Assembly (NCBI GenBank): GCA_902798615.1
Contig: CADBXL010000029.1
Coordinates: 3,722-67,721, forward strand
Source of the DNA: an uncultured Bacteroidales bacterium
GTDB lineage: Bacteria; Bacteroidota; Bacteroidia; Bacteroidales; Bacteroidaceae
Length of the DNA stretch: 64,000 bases
Direction: 5' to 3'
Shown here: positions 1 through 10,114 of the stretch, one piece after another
Layout of the letters: the number at the start of each line of letters is the position of its first letter
Numbering within the stretch: position 1 is the first letter of the stretch
The notes under the pieces: model-generated
Database searches by the model: none
Told to the model about the DNA's origin: nothing
The model's input: the letters and a program-made list of their open reading frames with translations, nothing else
Position numbers and translations under genes: made by a program

Positions 1-147
1 GGAGGAATGTTTGCTGACCACTAACACCTGTCACCTAACACCCAACACCCATTTGCGAGTGCAAAGTTAATAAAAATAGGTGGAAAATTTGTCAATTTCG
101 GATTTTTTCCATACTTTTGCACTAATAATTCCATTACATGGAGGCAA

Positions 148-1398
148 ATGCCGTATTTTTCAATGAACTACAATACTTTTACATTAGATAATGGACTCAG
201 AATAATCCACCTTCCCTACCAAGGAGAGGTGGTTTATTGCGGTTATGCAGTAGCTGCCGGAACAAGCGATGAACTTGAAGGCGAAGAGGGATTGGCTCAT
301 TTTTGTGAACACATGACTTTCAAGGGAACCGACCACCTTACTTCTATTCAAGTCATCAATACTCTGGAGAGGGTAGGAGGCGAACTTAATGCCTTCACTA
401 CTAAGGAGGAGACTTTCTACTATGCAGCTATCCTTCGTCAGCATTTTGGCAAAGCCGTAAAGCTTCTTACGGATATTGTATTCCACAGCACCTATCCTCA
501 ACATGAGATTGACAAGGAAATGGAAGTGGTATGCGATGAAATAGAGAGCTATCGTGATTCTCCGGCAGAACTAATCTATGACGAGTTCGAGAACCGTATC
601 TTCAACGGTCATCCTCTCGGTCATAACGTATTGGGCGACAAGGATACTGTGAGAGGATTTAAGTCAGAGGATTGCAAACGCTTCACGCAAAGGCTCTATC
701 GTCCTGACAATGCTGTTTTCTATGTCTATGGCGATATAGATTTCAAGCTGTTGGTAAAGAAACTTGAGACGCTTTCTGGTGACAAACCGAATGGTGATAT
801 AATCCGTTGTGACAAGAGATTTGAAAAGCTCAAGGAAACTCTTGTTGGCAATAGGGAGAATGACGACGAGCAGCAAACGCATCAGGCTCATGTGATGATA
901 GGCACAGCCTTTGGAAAGGATATTGAGAAATGGCGTATTCCTCTTTATCTTACCAACAATATCCTTGGAGGTCCAAGTATGAACTCGCGCCTTAATCTTG
1001 AGCTTCGCGAAAAGAGAGGCCTTGTATATACGGTGGAAAGCATTATGACAAGCTATAAGGACTCAATACTCTGGACGGTTTATTTCGGATGTGATCCGCA
1101 TGATGTGAATCGCTGTATCAGACTTGTGAAGAGCCAGTTATCAAAGCTAAGTAATGCCCCTCTTTCGTCAGTTGCCCTTACAAATGCCAAACGGCAGATA
1201 AAAGGCCAGATAGCCCTTGCTTTGGAGAACAGGGAAAACTATGCCATCTCTATGGCAAAGCAATACCTGCATAGAGGAACTCTAAAGGACAGAGATAAGC
1301 TATACAAGAAAATTGATGACATAAAAGTGGAAGATATCTATCAGTTGGCAAACGATATACTTAATCCCGACAGATTATTTACCCTTGTTTTCAATTAA
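148..1398 (+). CDS. M16 family (pitrilysin-like) zinc peptidase
   Basis: Inverted zinc motif AHFCEHMTFKGT (HXXEH), NAFT motif and LGG..SRL..ELREKRGLVY C-domain. The start may be ATG 163. Confidence 0.93.
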   Translation: MPYFSMNYNTFTLDNGLRIIHLPYQGEVVYCGYAVAAGTSDELEGEEGLAHFCEHMTFKGTDHLTSIQVINTLERVGGELNAFTTKEETFYYAAILRQHFGKAVKLLTDIVFHSTYPQHEIDKEMEVVCDEIESYRDSPAELIYDEFENRIFNGHPLGHNVLGDKDTVRGFKSEDCKRFTQRLYRPDNAVFYVYGDIDFKLLVKKLETLSGDKPNGDIIRCDKRFEKLKETLVGNRENDDEQQTHQAHVMIGTAFGKDIEKWRIPLYLTNNILGGPSMNSRLNLELREKRGLVYTVESIMTSYKDSILWTVYFGCDPHDVNRCIRLVKSQLSKLSNAPLSSVALTNAKRQIKGQIALALENRENYAISMAKQYLHRGTLKDRDKLYKKIDDIKVEDIYQLANDILNPDRLFTLVFN

Positions 1399-1481
1399 AT
1401 GTAGAACATTTTGGGTGGTATCGCTAAATAATTGAAGAAAAAAGAGTTTTTTTCAGAATTTATTGTTAATTTTGCATTCAA

Positions 1482-2318
1482 ATGGCCGTAGTAACTGAAC
1501 ATACAATAGATATCGAGAAAATCCTTGCCTCAAAAGTAGGCGATAAGATGAAGTTTATCCCTAAGAGCCTTGTGAATTGGCTTATAAGGACAACTCATCA
1601 GGAGGAGTTGAACGAATTCATCTGGAGAAGTAGGGATCATGAAGGTGCCGACTGGCTTGAGGATTGTGTTAAGTTCCTTGATATGGATCTCAAAGTCGAG
1701 GGGTTTGAAAACCTTCCTGAGAAGGACAGCCAGAAACGCTATACCTTTGTCAGCAATCATCCTCTCGGTGGTGGAGATGGCGTTGCCCTTGGTGCTATCC
1801 TTAGCAGGAAATACGGCAATGACATTAGACTGATAGTCAACGATATCCTTATGTATCTTCCGGGGCTTGCCCCTCTCTGCATCCCAGTGAACACCACCAC
1901 GAAAAAGAGGGAAAGAGGATATACAACTATGGTAGAGGATGGATTCGCAGGCGAAAATAACCTGCTGCTTTTCCCGGCTGGATTATGTTCACGAAAGATT
2001 GACGGCAAGATTCAGGACTTGGAATGGAAGAAGACATTCATTACAAAGAGCGTCGAATCTCAACGTGACATCGTACCTATCCATTTTGAAGGAAAGAACT
2101 CGGACAAATTCTACCGCATAGCAAATATCTGCAAGATGCTCAAGCTGAAAGTGAACGTGGCAATGCTCTATCTCCCTGATGAGATGATAAAGAACAGGCA
2201 TAATACGTTCACCGTGAAGATCGGAAAGCCTATCCCTTGGCAGACATTCGACAAGAGTCGGAAGCCAAAGGAGTGGGCGCAATGGGTAAGAAAGCAGGTA
2301 TATGAACTTGGGAAATAG
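1482..2318 (+). CDS. Phospholipid/glycerol acyltransferase family protein (GlsA/ChoB-like O-acyltransferase candidate)
   Basis: NHPLGGGDG (HX4D) and FPAG motifs. Adjacent to a GNAT-fold acyltransferase, as in the Bacteroidales glycine-lipid pair. Confidence 0.8.
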   Translation: MAVVTEHTIDIEKILASKVGDKMKFIPKSLVNWLIRTTHQEELNEFIWRSRDHEGADWLEDCVKFLDMDLKVEGFENLPEKDSQKRYTFVSNHPLGGGDGVALGAILSRKYGNDIRLIVNDILMYLPGLAPLCIPVNTTTKKRERGYTTMVEDGFAGENNLLLFPAGLCSRKIDGKIQDLEWKKTFITKSVESQRDIVPIHFEGKNSDKFYRIANICKMLKLKVNVAMLYLPDEMIKNRHNTFTVKIGKPIPWQTFDKSRKPKEWAQWVRKQVYELGK

Positions 2319-2324
2319 AAACGC

Positions 2325-2471
2325 GGCCTCTCCCCCCGCCCTCCCCCGTAGGGAGGGAGCCGGAGTGCTTGTGGAGGCTTATAACTAAAGAATAATGATT
2401 TGATTAATTTATAATTGAAATCCTTTCGCCTTCCGGCTCCCTCTCTACGGGAGAGGGCGGGGGGAGAGGCC
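2325..2471. repeat. REP doublet: two inverted ~39-bp GC-rich palindromic units around a ~70-bp AT-rich spacer (family A)
   Basis: GGCCTCTCCCCCCGCCCTCCCCCGTAGGGAGGGAGCCGG at 2325-2363 and its near reverse complement at 2433-2471. Confidence 0.9.
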
Positions 2472-2479
2472 TTTTTATT

Positions 2480-3478
2480 ATGAAGGAAGAAGAAATAATA
2501 CAGCCAATTCCAAAAGAGTTACTTCTCAGCGAACTTACTCCTGAGAAGCAGCTCCGTATGACCAATAAGAGCAATAACCAGATTTTTATCGTTACTGCTC
2601 ACGACTCTCCGAATGTGATGCAGGAGATAGGTCGTCTCAGAGAAATCGCTTTCCGTACTGCCGGTGGCGGTACTGGCAAGAGCGTCGATATTGATGAGTT
2701 CGACACTTGCGAGAACTGCTATAAGCAGCTCATCGTGTGGAATCCTGACAATCAGGAAATCATTGGCGGTTACAGATACCTCATGGGGGATCAATGGCAG
2801 TATGACGAGAAGGGACAGCCTATCCTCGCCACAAGCCACATGTTCCATTTCTCTGAGAAATTCATCAAGGAATATGCCCCAAAGACCATTGAGCTTGGTC
2901 GCTCATGGGTAACGGTTGAATACCAAAGCTCAAAGATGGGTGCAAAGAGTCTCTTTGCCCTCGACAACCTCTGGGATGGTCTTGGCGCACTCACAGTCAT
3001 CAACCCAAACATGAAATACTACTTTGGCAAGATGACGATGTACCCTAACTACATCCGCTTTGGTCGTGACCTTATATTATACTTCCTTAAGAAGCATTTC
3101 GACGATAAGGAAGGACTCATCACTCCTATCAAGCCTCTCGAACTCGACACGCCTATAGAGGAACTATCACAGGTGTTCTGCGGACGAGATTTCAAGGAGG
3201 ACTACCGAATCCTTAACGGAGGAATCCGTGCCCTTGGTTTCAACATTCCGCCATTGGTGAATGCCTATATGAACCTGAGCCCAACGATGAAGCTATTCGG
3301 AACAGCTATCAACTACGGCTTTGGTGATGTAGAGGAAACAGGCATCCTTATTGCGGTTGATGAGATATTGGAAAGCAAGCGCGTTCGCCACATAGAATCT
3401 TTTGTAAAGGAACATCCAGAGGCTATGTGGATAACAAGTGGAGCGAGCAAAGTAGTATATAAGGACAAGACCTGTTAG
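2480..3478 (+). CDS. GNAT-fold N-acyltransferase, 'hemolysin' family (GlsB/ChoA/OlsB-like candidate)
   Basis: EIGRLREIAFR..GGGTG..DIDEFD, IIGGYR, IELGRS and IPPLVNAYMNLSP motifs typical of this family. Confidence 0.8.
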   Translation: MKEEEIIQPIPKELLLSELTPEKQLRMTNKSNNQIFIVTAHDSPNVMQEIGRLREIAFRTAGGGTGKSVDIDEFDTCENCYKQLIVWNPDNQEIIGGYRYLMGDQWQYDEKGQPILATSHMFHFSEKFIKEYAPKTIELGRSWVTVEYQSSKMGAKSLFALDNLWDGLGALTVINPNMKYYFGKMTMYPNYIRFGRDLILYFLKKHFDDKEGLITPIKPLELDTPIEELSQVFCGRDFKEDYRILNGGIRALGFNIPPLVNAYMNLSPTMKLFGTAINYGFGDVEETGILIAVDEILESKRVRHIESFVKEHPEAMWITSGASKVVYKDKTC

Positions 3479-3527
3479 GTTTTGTCCTTTTTTCTTAATA
3501 TGACACATCTATGAAAATGCAAAACGA

Positions 3528-4290
3528 TTAATCCCAGAAAACGTGTTGATAACAAGTAACGGGTAACAATAAGAAAAATAGTGTAATATGCTGCCTATAT
3601 TTATTATTTCTATATATAATAAGGTATATAAACTCCTTAGAAAGATTTAGTAAAATTTGGGCATGCACTAAAATCCTTATTGTTACCCGTTACTGGCCGA
3701 GATTATCTTGCTTGTCGAGCGAGACTCATATTCAGATTGTAACCGTCTAAGTTGAAGATAATGAGATTGTTATGTATAATTATATGGCAGGGTATAGGCT
3801 GCTGACAGTCTCGATAACATAACAATAAGCATTAATTTCTGGCTGATTCACCTTATTCTGTATGCATGAAAAACGCGAAAAAATGCTCTGGTAACAATAA
3901 TTCCGTTAGTAAAGTTTCGGAAGTGCGGAAGTGCCTGGAAGGCAATTCTGAACATCCGAAACTTGGATTCGTAAATTTCAATAGCAATCACAAAATGCAC
4001 ATTATCCTTAAAAAGAACGTGAAAACCATTCCAAAGCCATCACCCAAACTAAATACTGGCTTCAATGAGATTTGCGAGAACTATCAACTCCCTCCGATTC
4101 AGATCCGTTCCAGGTCCGTTGTAAATCCGTTGTAAGTCCGTTGATGCTCCATCGATGGGAGCGAACCTGAAGCGAAGGCAGAACGAAGGCAGAGCGAAGG
4201 CACATAAGCATTTCTACCCTTGCAGTAACAGGTAACGGGTAACAATAAGGAATTTAGTGTTAGCGTACCTCATTTCAGGCATAGTACCCC
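3528..4290. mobile_element. Dispersed ~0.7-kb non-coding element, long copy 1
   Basis: Colinear with 19183-19846. Carries 28-bp sites at 3556 (+), 3666 (-) and 4232 (+), and 11-bp arrays at 4093-4200. Mobility is inferred from dispersal only. Confidence 0.7.
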
Positions 4291-4324
4291 TAAATTTATT
4301 TAATCAAAAGAACACCAATAAAAA

Positions 4325-4370
4325 CAATATATCTCCAATTCCTGATTAGTTTGGGATTGGAGATATATTG
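4325..4370 (-). terminator. Intrinsic terminator after the tandem paralog pair
   Basis: CAATATATCTCCAATTCC / GGGATTGGAGATATATTG stem with a T-run downstream on the minus strand. Confidence 0.7.
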
Positions 4371-4372
4371 TA

Positions 4373-5161
4373 TTATTTTGGAAGAGGTACCTCTACAGGA
4401 ACCATCATGAAGACATCTTCCTCAGTTTCCTTCTGGTTAATCTTCTTTTTCCCCGATTTTTGTTTCTGGGTACGCACAGGACGGACACTTAGTCCGTAAT
4501 ACCGTGGAGTGTGACTATCAAAGAACCATTTATCCTTATAGAATTCTAAGGTGACTGCATCGTCGTCCATACCCATATAGAGAGTACGAGACCAATAATT
4601 TCCACTAGACCCTGCAGTAATAATAATGTTTGCGGCTGGCAAAAAAATCCAATTGTCATTTTTCCTGCTGGTTATCTTTCTACCAGTTACGCCATTCAAT
4701 GTTGTCCATTCTGTTGTCGTATAGGTAGAATCGCATAGTTCCTTTATCTGTTCCAATGATGGCATCTGCCATTTACGCCCCCAGTTAACTGTTGCTGCAT
4801 CATCTTCAGGGTCGAGCACTTTCTTGTAGTCAGCTATGCCGCTCCAACTAATGCAATATTTCAGCAATACAGGAACCGTACAGTCGCAATCCCACCACTT
4901 GTTGTTTTCCTTTATAAACTGATGTTCATCAGATGCGTCACTTGTATAGCCTTTGGTCTCTCCCCACGCGAAATACAATCCAAATTCCTCTGGCTTGCTT
5001 GCACCTATGTTACAGGTAGCCCATAGTGTTTTGCTTGGAAGGCCAAGGTCAACGTATTCACGAGTGTCTTTAACCGTGCCCTTCTTGTCTTTCTGCGAAA
5101 AAGCAACAAGAGGAAAAACAGCCGTAATAATTACGGCTGATATTATTTTCCTGAATGTCAT
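4373..5161 (-). CDS. Secreted protein with YVDLGLPS/WATCNIGA domain (DUF1566/lectin-like), paralog 1
   Basis: Signal peptide, then EYVDLGLPSKTLWATCNIGASKPEE.GLYFAWGET and YWS...YGLSVRPV. Confidence 0.75.
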   Translation of the reverse strand: MTFRKIISAVIITAVFPLVAFSQKDKKGTVKDTREYVDLGLPSKTLWATCNIGASKPEEFGLYFAWGETKGYTSDASDEHQFIKENNKWWDCDCTVPVLLKYCISWSGIADYKKVLDPEDDAATVNWGRKWQMPSLEQIKELCDSTYTTTEWTTLNGVTGRKITSRKNDNWIFLPAANIIITAGSSGNYWSRTLYMGMDDDAVTLEFYKDKWFFDSHTPRYYGLSVRPVRTQKQKSGKKKINQKETEEDVFMMVPVEVPLPK

Positions 5162-5230
5162 AAGTATATTTTTGTTGATTTATAAGTTTTTAATGACTAT
5201 ATCAACGTGAGTTCGACAAAATATCATTCT

Positions 5231-6028
5231 TTATTTTTCATCGGGTTCACTTTGTATTATTATCAATTGGTCATCTTCTATAGGCATTACCGTTGCACCG
5301 TCGTCCGTTATTTCCGGCTTGGCTTCCTTTCTGTTTTTCTGTGAACGTACAGGACGGATATTTAGTCCATAATACCGTGGAATGTAATCATCGTGAAAAT
5401 AATCATTCTCTAAGAATGACAGGCTGATTGCTTTGCTATCGTCATCTCTAGAGAGAGAACAAGACCAATAGTCTCCTCTAGAGCCCGGAAGAACGCCTGC
5501 GGCTGGCAGAAAAATTGAATGGCCATTTTTCTTACTGGTTATCTTCCTGCCATTAACACCATTCAATGTTGTCCACTCTTTTGTTGTATAGGCAGAATCG
5601 CATAGTTCCTTTATCTGTTCGGATGATGGCATCTGCCATTTACGTCCCCAGTTGACAATTGCCGCATCATCTTCAGGATCGAGTTCTTCTTTGTTGTCAA
5701 TTATGGCGCTCCAACTACAGCGATATTTCATCAATTCAGGGTACTTGCTGTTGCAATCATACCATTTGTAGCTTTTCTTTTCCCACTGATGAACATCATC
5801 TGAGTCTTGTTTATAGCCTTCTGTCTCTCCCCATGCGAAATATAATCCGCATTCTTCTGGCTTGCTTGCACCAATGTTACAGGTAGCCCAAAGCGTTTTG
5901 CTTGGAAGGCCAAGGTCAACGTATTCACGAGTGTCCTTAATCGTGATTTTCTTGTCTTTTTGAGAGTAAGAAGCAAGAGGCAATAATGCCATAATAATTA
6001 CGAGTGAAAGTATTTTTCTGAATGTCAT
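5231..6028 (-). CDS. Secreted protein with YVDLGLPS/WATCNIGA domain, paralog 2
   Basis: Clear tandem paralog of 4373-5161 with long identical stretches. Confidence 0.75.
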   Translation of the reverse strand: MTFRKILSLVIIMALLPLASYSQKDKKITIKDTREYVDLGLPSKTLWATCNIGASKPEECGLYFAWGETEGYKQDSDDVHQWEKKSYKWYDCNSKYPELMKYRCSWSAIIDNKEELDPEDDAAIVNWGRKWQMPSSEQIKELCDSAYTTKEWTTLNGVNGRKITSKKNGHSIFLPAAGVLPGSRGDYWSCSLSRDDDSKAISLSFLENDYFHDDYIPRYYGLNIRPVRSQKNRKEAKPEITDDGATVMPIEDDQLIIIQSEPDEK

Positions 6029-6059
6029 AAAAATGTATTATGTTTATATGTCAGATGCA

Positions 6060-6226
6060 AGTCCGCATAAGTCCGTTTTCAGGTCCGTTCCTCTATTAGG
6101 CTTAAAAGCGAGGGTAGAGCGAAGGCATAACGAATGCATTTCGAGGGCACAACAGCGCTTCTAACCATGCAGTAACGGGTAACAGGTAACAATAAGGAAT
6201 TTAGTGTTAGCGTACCTCATTTCAGG
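6060..6226. repeat. Right-hand part of the dispersed element
   Basis: GTCCG and CGAA arrays, then GTAACAGGTAACAATAAGGAATTTAGTGTTAGCGTACCTCATTTCAGG, matching about 4115-4279. Confidence 0.85.
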
Positions 6227-7161
6227 TCTTCAAGGATATCCTCTCTGAGGAATGGCTTGAGCTCTTCCCAAGTAAGCACGAATGAAGGCATACCAACGGC
6301 ATAGCAAGCAATCTCGTATTGCTGATAGGTGAATACAAGTCCTTTGCCTTTCTCGTCAGGAGAAGGTGTCCATGCAGGAAGCGGGATTAAACCTTTGCTT
6401 TCATCAGGGAGCATGAGTTGTTCCATGAGTTGCTGATCGGTTGCGATTTTCTCATCAGCATTCTCGTTGAAATACTCTTTGAGGCCTTTCTTGAGCAATG
6501 GTTGCATGTCCTTGACGGCATTATCCTTTAGGAAATCCTTTACTATGCTACCGTCAGAGAAACGGAAAGTAATGCCTCCAAAGCCAAACACACCGCCGTG
6601 AGCACCACCTATATACGAATATTCAGAATCGTAGAAAACTACGAATGTAGAGTCCTCTGAGGTCTTGGTAACTTCCATTGAATAATCCCAAGGAGCTACG
6701 CTCTCCTTGTATTCCTTTCGCTGTTCTTCGGTGATGGTAGTGTCCTCTTCCCAGTATTTCACTTTTTCGTCATAGTCCTCCTTGGCCTGAGAATTTAACA
6801 TTTTGCTGACTTCCTTGCTATAATAGTCGAAAACACTCTTCGCGTCTTTTTCATCACCATTATATTTTGCAATAAGAGGTTTGGTGTCCTCCATTTGCGA
6901 GCCTTGATAGCTGCGGATGCTGTTGCCGATAATATTGACAAGGGAATCGCGAATAACTTGTGAAACACTATCCTTGGCTACAGGTAATGCAACCTTGATG
7001 CTGATGTTGGCATACCTGCTTGAATCGGAGAAGGTGTAGTTTTCAATCTCAAGGGGATAGGTAAATGGATTTTCTAATTCTGCTGTTTCTGCAGTCTTGT
7101 TGGTGCAAGAAACAAAGACAAGTGAAACTACCGTCAAAAGGGAAAAAAATCTTGTTTTCAT
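6217..7161 (-). CDS. Lipoprotein with DUF4163/DUF3298 (RsiV/PdaC-like) domains
   Basis: Lipobox VFVSC, GGAHG motif and FTYQQYEIACYAVG C-terminus. Confidence 0.75.
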   Translation of the reverse strand: MKTRFFSLLTVVSLVFVSCTNKTAETAELENPFTYPLEIENYTFSDSSRYANISIKVALPVAKDSVSQVIRDSLVNIIGNSIRSYQGSQMEDTKPLIAKYNGDEKDAKSVFDYYSKEVSKMLNSQAKEDYDEKVKYWEEDTTITEEQRKEYKESVAPWDYSMEVTKTSEDSTFVVFYDSEYSYIGGAHGGVFGFGGITFRFSDGSIVKDFLKDNAVKDMQPLLKKGLKEYFNENADEKIATDQQLMEQLMLPDESKGLIPLPAWTPSPDEKGKGLVFTYQQYEIACYAVGMPSFVLTWEELKPFLREDILEDLK

Positions 7162-7190
7162 ATTACTTTCTACTTTACTCTTTCTTCTTT

Positions 7191-8558
7191 TTACTTTACT
7201 CTTTTATTCCCCATCATCATTTTACAGAGTCGGTCTTGGAACATTCTTGCCTCTGCTACTGGAGAATCCTGGTGTATGATGGAAAATATATACCAATGAC
7301 CGTCATAGCCCTGAAGGTAGCCTGATAGTGACGAGCCGCCCTTTGTGACCAGAGTGCCGGTCTTGACGAAAATTCTGTCCCTATATTCTGCTCTAGCCAT
7401 TCTTGTCAGTAGTGAGCCGCATCTTGGACTTGCAGGAGAGGCGAGAGCCTCGTTGATGAAATAGTCTTTCAGCTTTTCATCGTAGTAGGCATATCGTAGC
7501 ATGTCAACAAGAGTGTTGGCGGTGAGGAGGTTGTCCGGAGAAAGACCAGAGCCGTCCTTATAGGCAAGCTGAGGCTTGGCAGGACGTGGGAACTGGCATT
7601 TCGTAGTATCCTCAGGAGAGAGAATTTCATTCCAGAATGTTTCGGTATAGTGCATCTTGTCCCATACCATTTCCCTTTTGGGTAGAATGCCTTTTTTCCA
7701 GTCGAGATGATAGAATAGGGCATCAGCCTTGACATTACTGCTATGGATGAGCATAGGAGTGACAATTTCCTTTATATCATGGGAAATCCTTGCCACATAG
7801 TGGTATTTCCCGTTACCCAGTTTTCCTTTTGCCTTGGCTGAGTTTACGCTATTGTCTTTTATGAAGGAAATTCCGTTGGCAGAAAGAGAAGCCATGAACT
7901 GCCTTGTGATACGTTCTCTGCCCTTCATGAGGAGTGGAGCCTTGTGGTAGGGAATATCCCATGTCTTGCCTGAAGGATGCGCTTTCAATGTGTCTTCTCT
8001 TGCAAGGTTGAGGATTACGTTACCCCTGAAGTTCCTGAAGCCCTTGTCCTTCATCTGTTTGATGAGTGGGGTGAAGTCGTCGAAAAGAGGGTCGTCGTCA
8101 GCTATAAGGAGAAGCGTACCAACGACAGTATCGCGTTTCATCTCTCCTCTTATTAGGAGTGACACGTTATAGCGATAGTTCATTCCAAGAGTCTTGAGGG
8201 CTGCAACTGCGGTTGCCACCTTCATGCAGGATGCAGGAGGCATACTTCTGTCCGCATGATATTCATATACCTGTGACTCTGTTGTCGCGTCATATACGCT
8301 GATAGCAATGAGAGAGGTGTCGAGTCGCATGGGGATATTTATGAGACTGTCCAGTTTCCTTGCCATAATCGTGTCGCAAGCCCTCATCTCGGGAGTTATA
8401 ATCGCCTTGGGTTCTCTTACTTCATCCTTATCCCCCCATGAAGTGTAAATCCAGTTGAATAGCCAACTGATACCCAAATATAAGATTATGATGATAGCCG
8501 CGAGCACACCAAGTGCTGCGGCTATACGTCCATATCTAAGTTTATATTTCTTTGCCAA
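7191..8558 (-). CDS. dacB: D-alanyl-D-alanine carboxypeptidase/endopeptidase (peptidase S13)
   Basis: PASCMK (SxxK), SSN (SxN), DGSGLS and KTG motifs, with an N-terminal membrane anchor. Confidence 0.88.
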   Translation of the reverse strand: MAKKYKLRYGRIAAALGVLAAIIIILYLGISWLFNWIYTSWGDKDEVREPKAIITPEMRACDTIMARKLDSLINIPMRLDTSLIAISVYDATTESQVYEYHADRSMPPASCMKVATAVAALKTLGMNYRYNVSLLIRGEMKRDTVVGTLLLIADDDPLFDDFTPLIKQMKDKGFRNFRGNVILNLAREDTLKAHPSGKTWDIPYHKAPLLMKGRERITRQFMASLSANGISFIKDNSVNSAKAKGKLGNGKYHYVARISHDIKEIVTPMLIHSSNVKADALFYHLDWKKGILPKREMVWDKMHYTETFWNEILSPEDTTKCQFPRPAKPQLAYKDGSGLSPDNLLTANTLVDMLRYAYYDEKLKDYFINEALASPASPRCGSLLTRMARAEYRDRIFVKTGTLVTKGGSSLSGYLQGYDGHWYIFSIIHQDSPVAEARMFQDRLCKMMMGNKRVK

Positions 8559-8563
8559 TGTTC

Positions 8564-10066
8564 TTAGTTATAGTTCTCTACAAATGTGAAAAGTCTGTTC
8601 CATCTGATTCCACCGAAACCTCTGCGGTCTGGGTCGCTTGACCACCAGATGAATATTGGCTTGCCCACGATATGGTCTTCTGGTACGAAGCCCCAATAAC
8701 GTGAGTCGGCTGAGTTATGGCGGTTATCACCCTGCATCCAATAGTAGTCCAGTTTGAATGTATAGGATGTAGCCACCTTACCATTGATAAGAATCTCTCC
8801 CTTATCGTTCACCTGAAGGTCGTTGCCCTCATATACCTTGATAGGGCGCTCGTAGATTGGGAGGTTCTTGAGAGTTAGCTTCACGCTCTCACCCTTCTTC
8901 GGAATCCAGATAGGACCATAGTTGTCGCGTGTCCAGCCATAGTGACCATTGAGAGGGTATAGGAAATCCCTTTCGTCCTCCGTGTATGGAGCTATTGATG
9001 CAACAATATCCTTTCGGCTCTTCAGCACCTCGTATGCACGCTTTGTAAGTGGCATATAGCCTAACCTGCTAAGCTGCGCGAGATCCTCGTTGCTTATACC
9101 GAGTTCCTTGAGGAGTTCCTCTGGAATCATACTGACGTTCAGTTTTATCACATATGAGTACTGAACGTTCTCAGGCTCTTTGTTTGCCTTGCCATCAAGA
9201 TAGATGATATGGTTCTTTATCTGAAGTGTCTGACCAGGGAGACCGACACATCTCTTTACATAGTTCTCACGACGGTCGGTAGGGCGGGAGTCTATCCTGC
9301 CAAATTGATTGACCTTTGATGCAATATAGCTGCGTCCGTTCTGGTAGATTTCAGAATACAGTTTGTAGCGTTGGAGGTCGGATATGGAATCAAGTTTCGC
9401 CGATTTCTCAAAAGTGCTATAGAAATCAGGGAGATAGATCATCATGTCAGGGTCTGTGATGTTATAACCCTTAGTGGCAAGATATGTCAAAGCTCCATAC
9501 TTGTAGCAGAACTCGTAGTAGTTGGTCTGGTACGCCTCTTCGCTCATGATAGAGTCACCTGCTGGATAGTTGAATACCACGATATCGTTCAGTTCCACAT
9601 TACCGAGTCCCGGTGCCCTGCGATAGTCCCATTGAGGCCACTCTATGTATGACTTACAGCCAAGCACAGGCATAGTGTGCTGTGTGAGAGGCAATGTGAG
9701 TGGTGTTTGTGGAATGCGAGGACCATAGCTTGCCTTGCTCACAAATAGGTAGTCACCAGTAAGCAATGACTTCTCAAGTGAACTTGAGGGAATTACATAG
9801 TTCTGGAAGAAGAAGAGATTGATGAAATATACTGCTACGAGAGCAAATACGAGAGCATCAACCCACGACATGATGAATCTTACAGGAGACTCTGCATCCT
9901 TCCACCATTGCCAGTTTATTTTCTTTGATATATAGGCATCATAGATGAGCGGAATGACTATCAGTCCGAGCCAGCTCTTGAGCCATAGTAGAAAGAGGAG
10001 ATAAAGCACCAGCACGATAATGAACTTTATCCACTGGAGCTTCATATTTTCTTGTTTCTTTTTCAT
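8564..10066 (-). CDS. lepB: Signal peptidase I
   Basis: IPSSSLEKSL, YVKRCVGLPG and GDNRHNSADSRYWGFVP boxes. Confidence 0.95.
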   Translation of the reverse strand: MKKKQENMKLQWIKFIIVLVLYLLFLLWLKSWLGLIVIPLIYDAYISKKINWQWWKDAESPVRFIMSWVDALVFALVAVYFINLFFFQNYVIPSSSLEKSLLTGDYLFVSKASYGPRIPQTPLTLPLTQHTMPVLGCKSYIEWPQWDYRRAPGLGNVELNDIVVFNYPAGDSIMSEEAYQTNYYEFCYKYGALTYLATKGYNITDPDMMIYLPDFYSTFEKSAKLDSISDLQRYKLYSEIYQNGRSYIASKVNQFGRIDSRPTDRRENYVKRCVGLPGQTLQIKNHIIYLDGKANKEPENVQYSYVIKLNVSMIPEELLKELGISNEDLAQLSRLGYMPLTKRAYEVLKSRKDIVASIAPYTEDERDFLYPLNGHYGWTRDNYGPIWIPKKGESVKLTLKNLPIYERPIKVYEGNDLQVNDKGEILINGKVATSYTFKLDYYWMQGDNRHNSADSRYWGFVPEDHIVGKPIFIWWSSDPDRRGFGGIRWNRLFTFVENYN

Positions 10067-10114
10067 TTTATTCTCTAGATTTTCTAGATTATCTAGACAT
10101 TCTAGTATTTCTAG

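Noticed and set aside
3556-3693. Invertible promoter between 28-bp inverted sites
   Set aside because: No TAnnTTTG on either strand of the enclosed segment, both copies have the same orientation, and no invertase is nearby. Long reads would be needed to exclude it fully.
3866-4135. 89-aa ORF in element copy 1
   Set aside because: It spans the ~110-bp segment missing from copy 2 and runs into the 11-bp array, so it is not conserved.
4373-6028. Diversity-generating retroelement targets (lectin-like C-termini ending RPV)
   Set aside because: No reverse transcriptase or template repeat is present, and the paralog differences are not obviously adenine-restricted.
4232-6226. Integron attC cassette array
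   Set aside because: No integron integrase, and the repeats lack the RYYYAAC...GTTRRRY attC layout.
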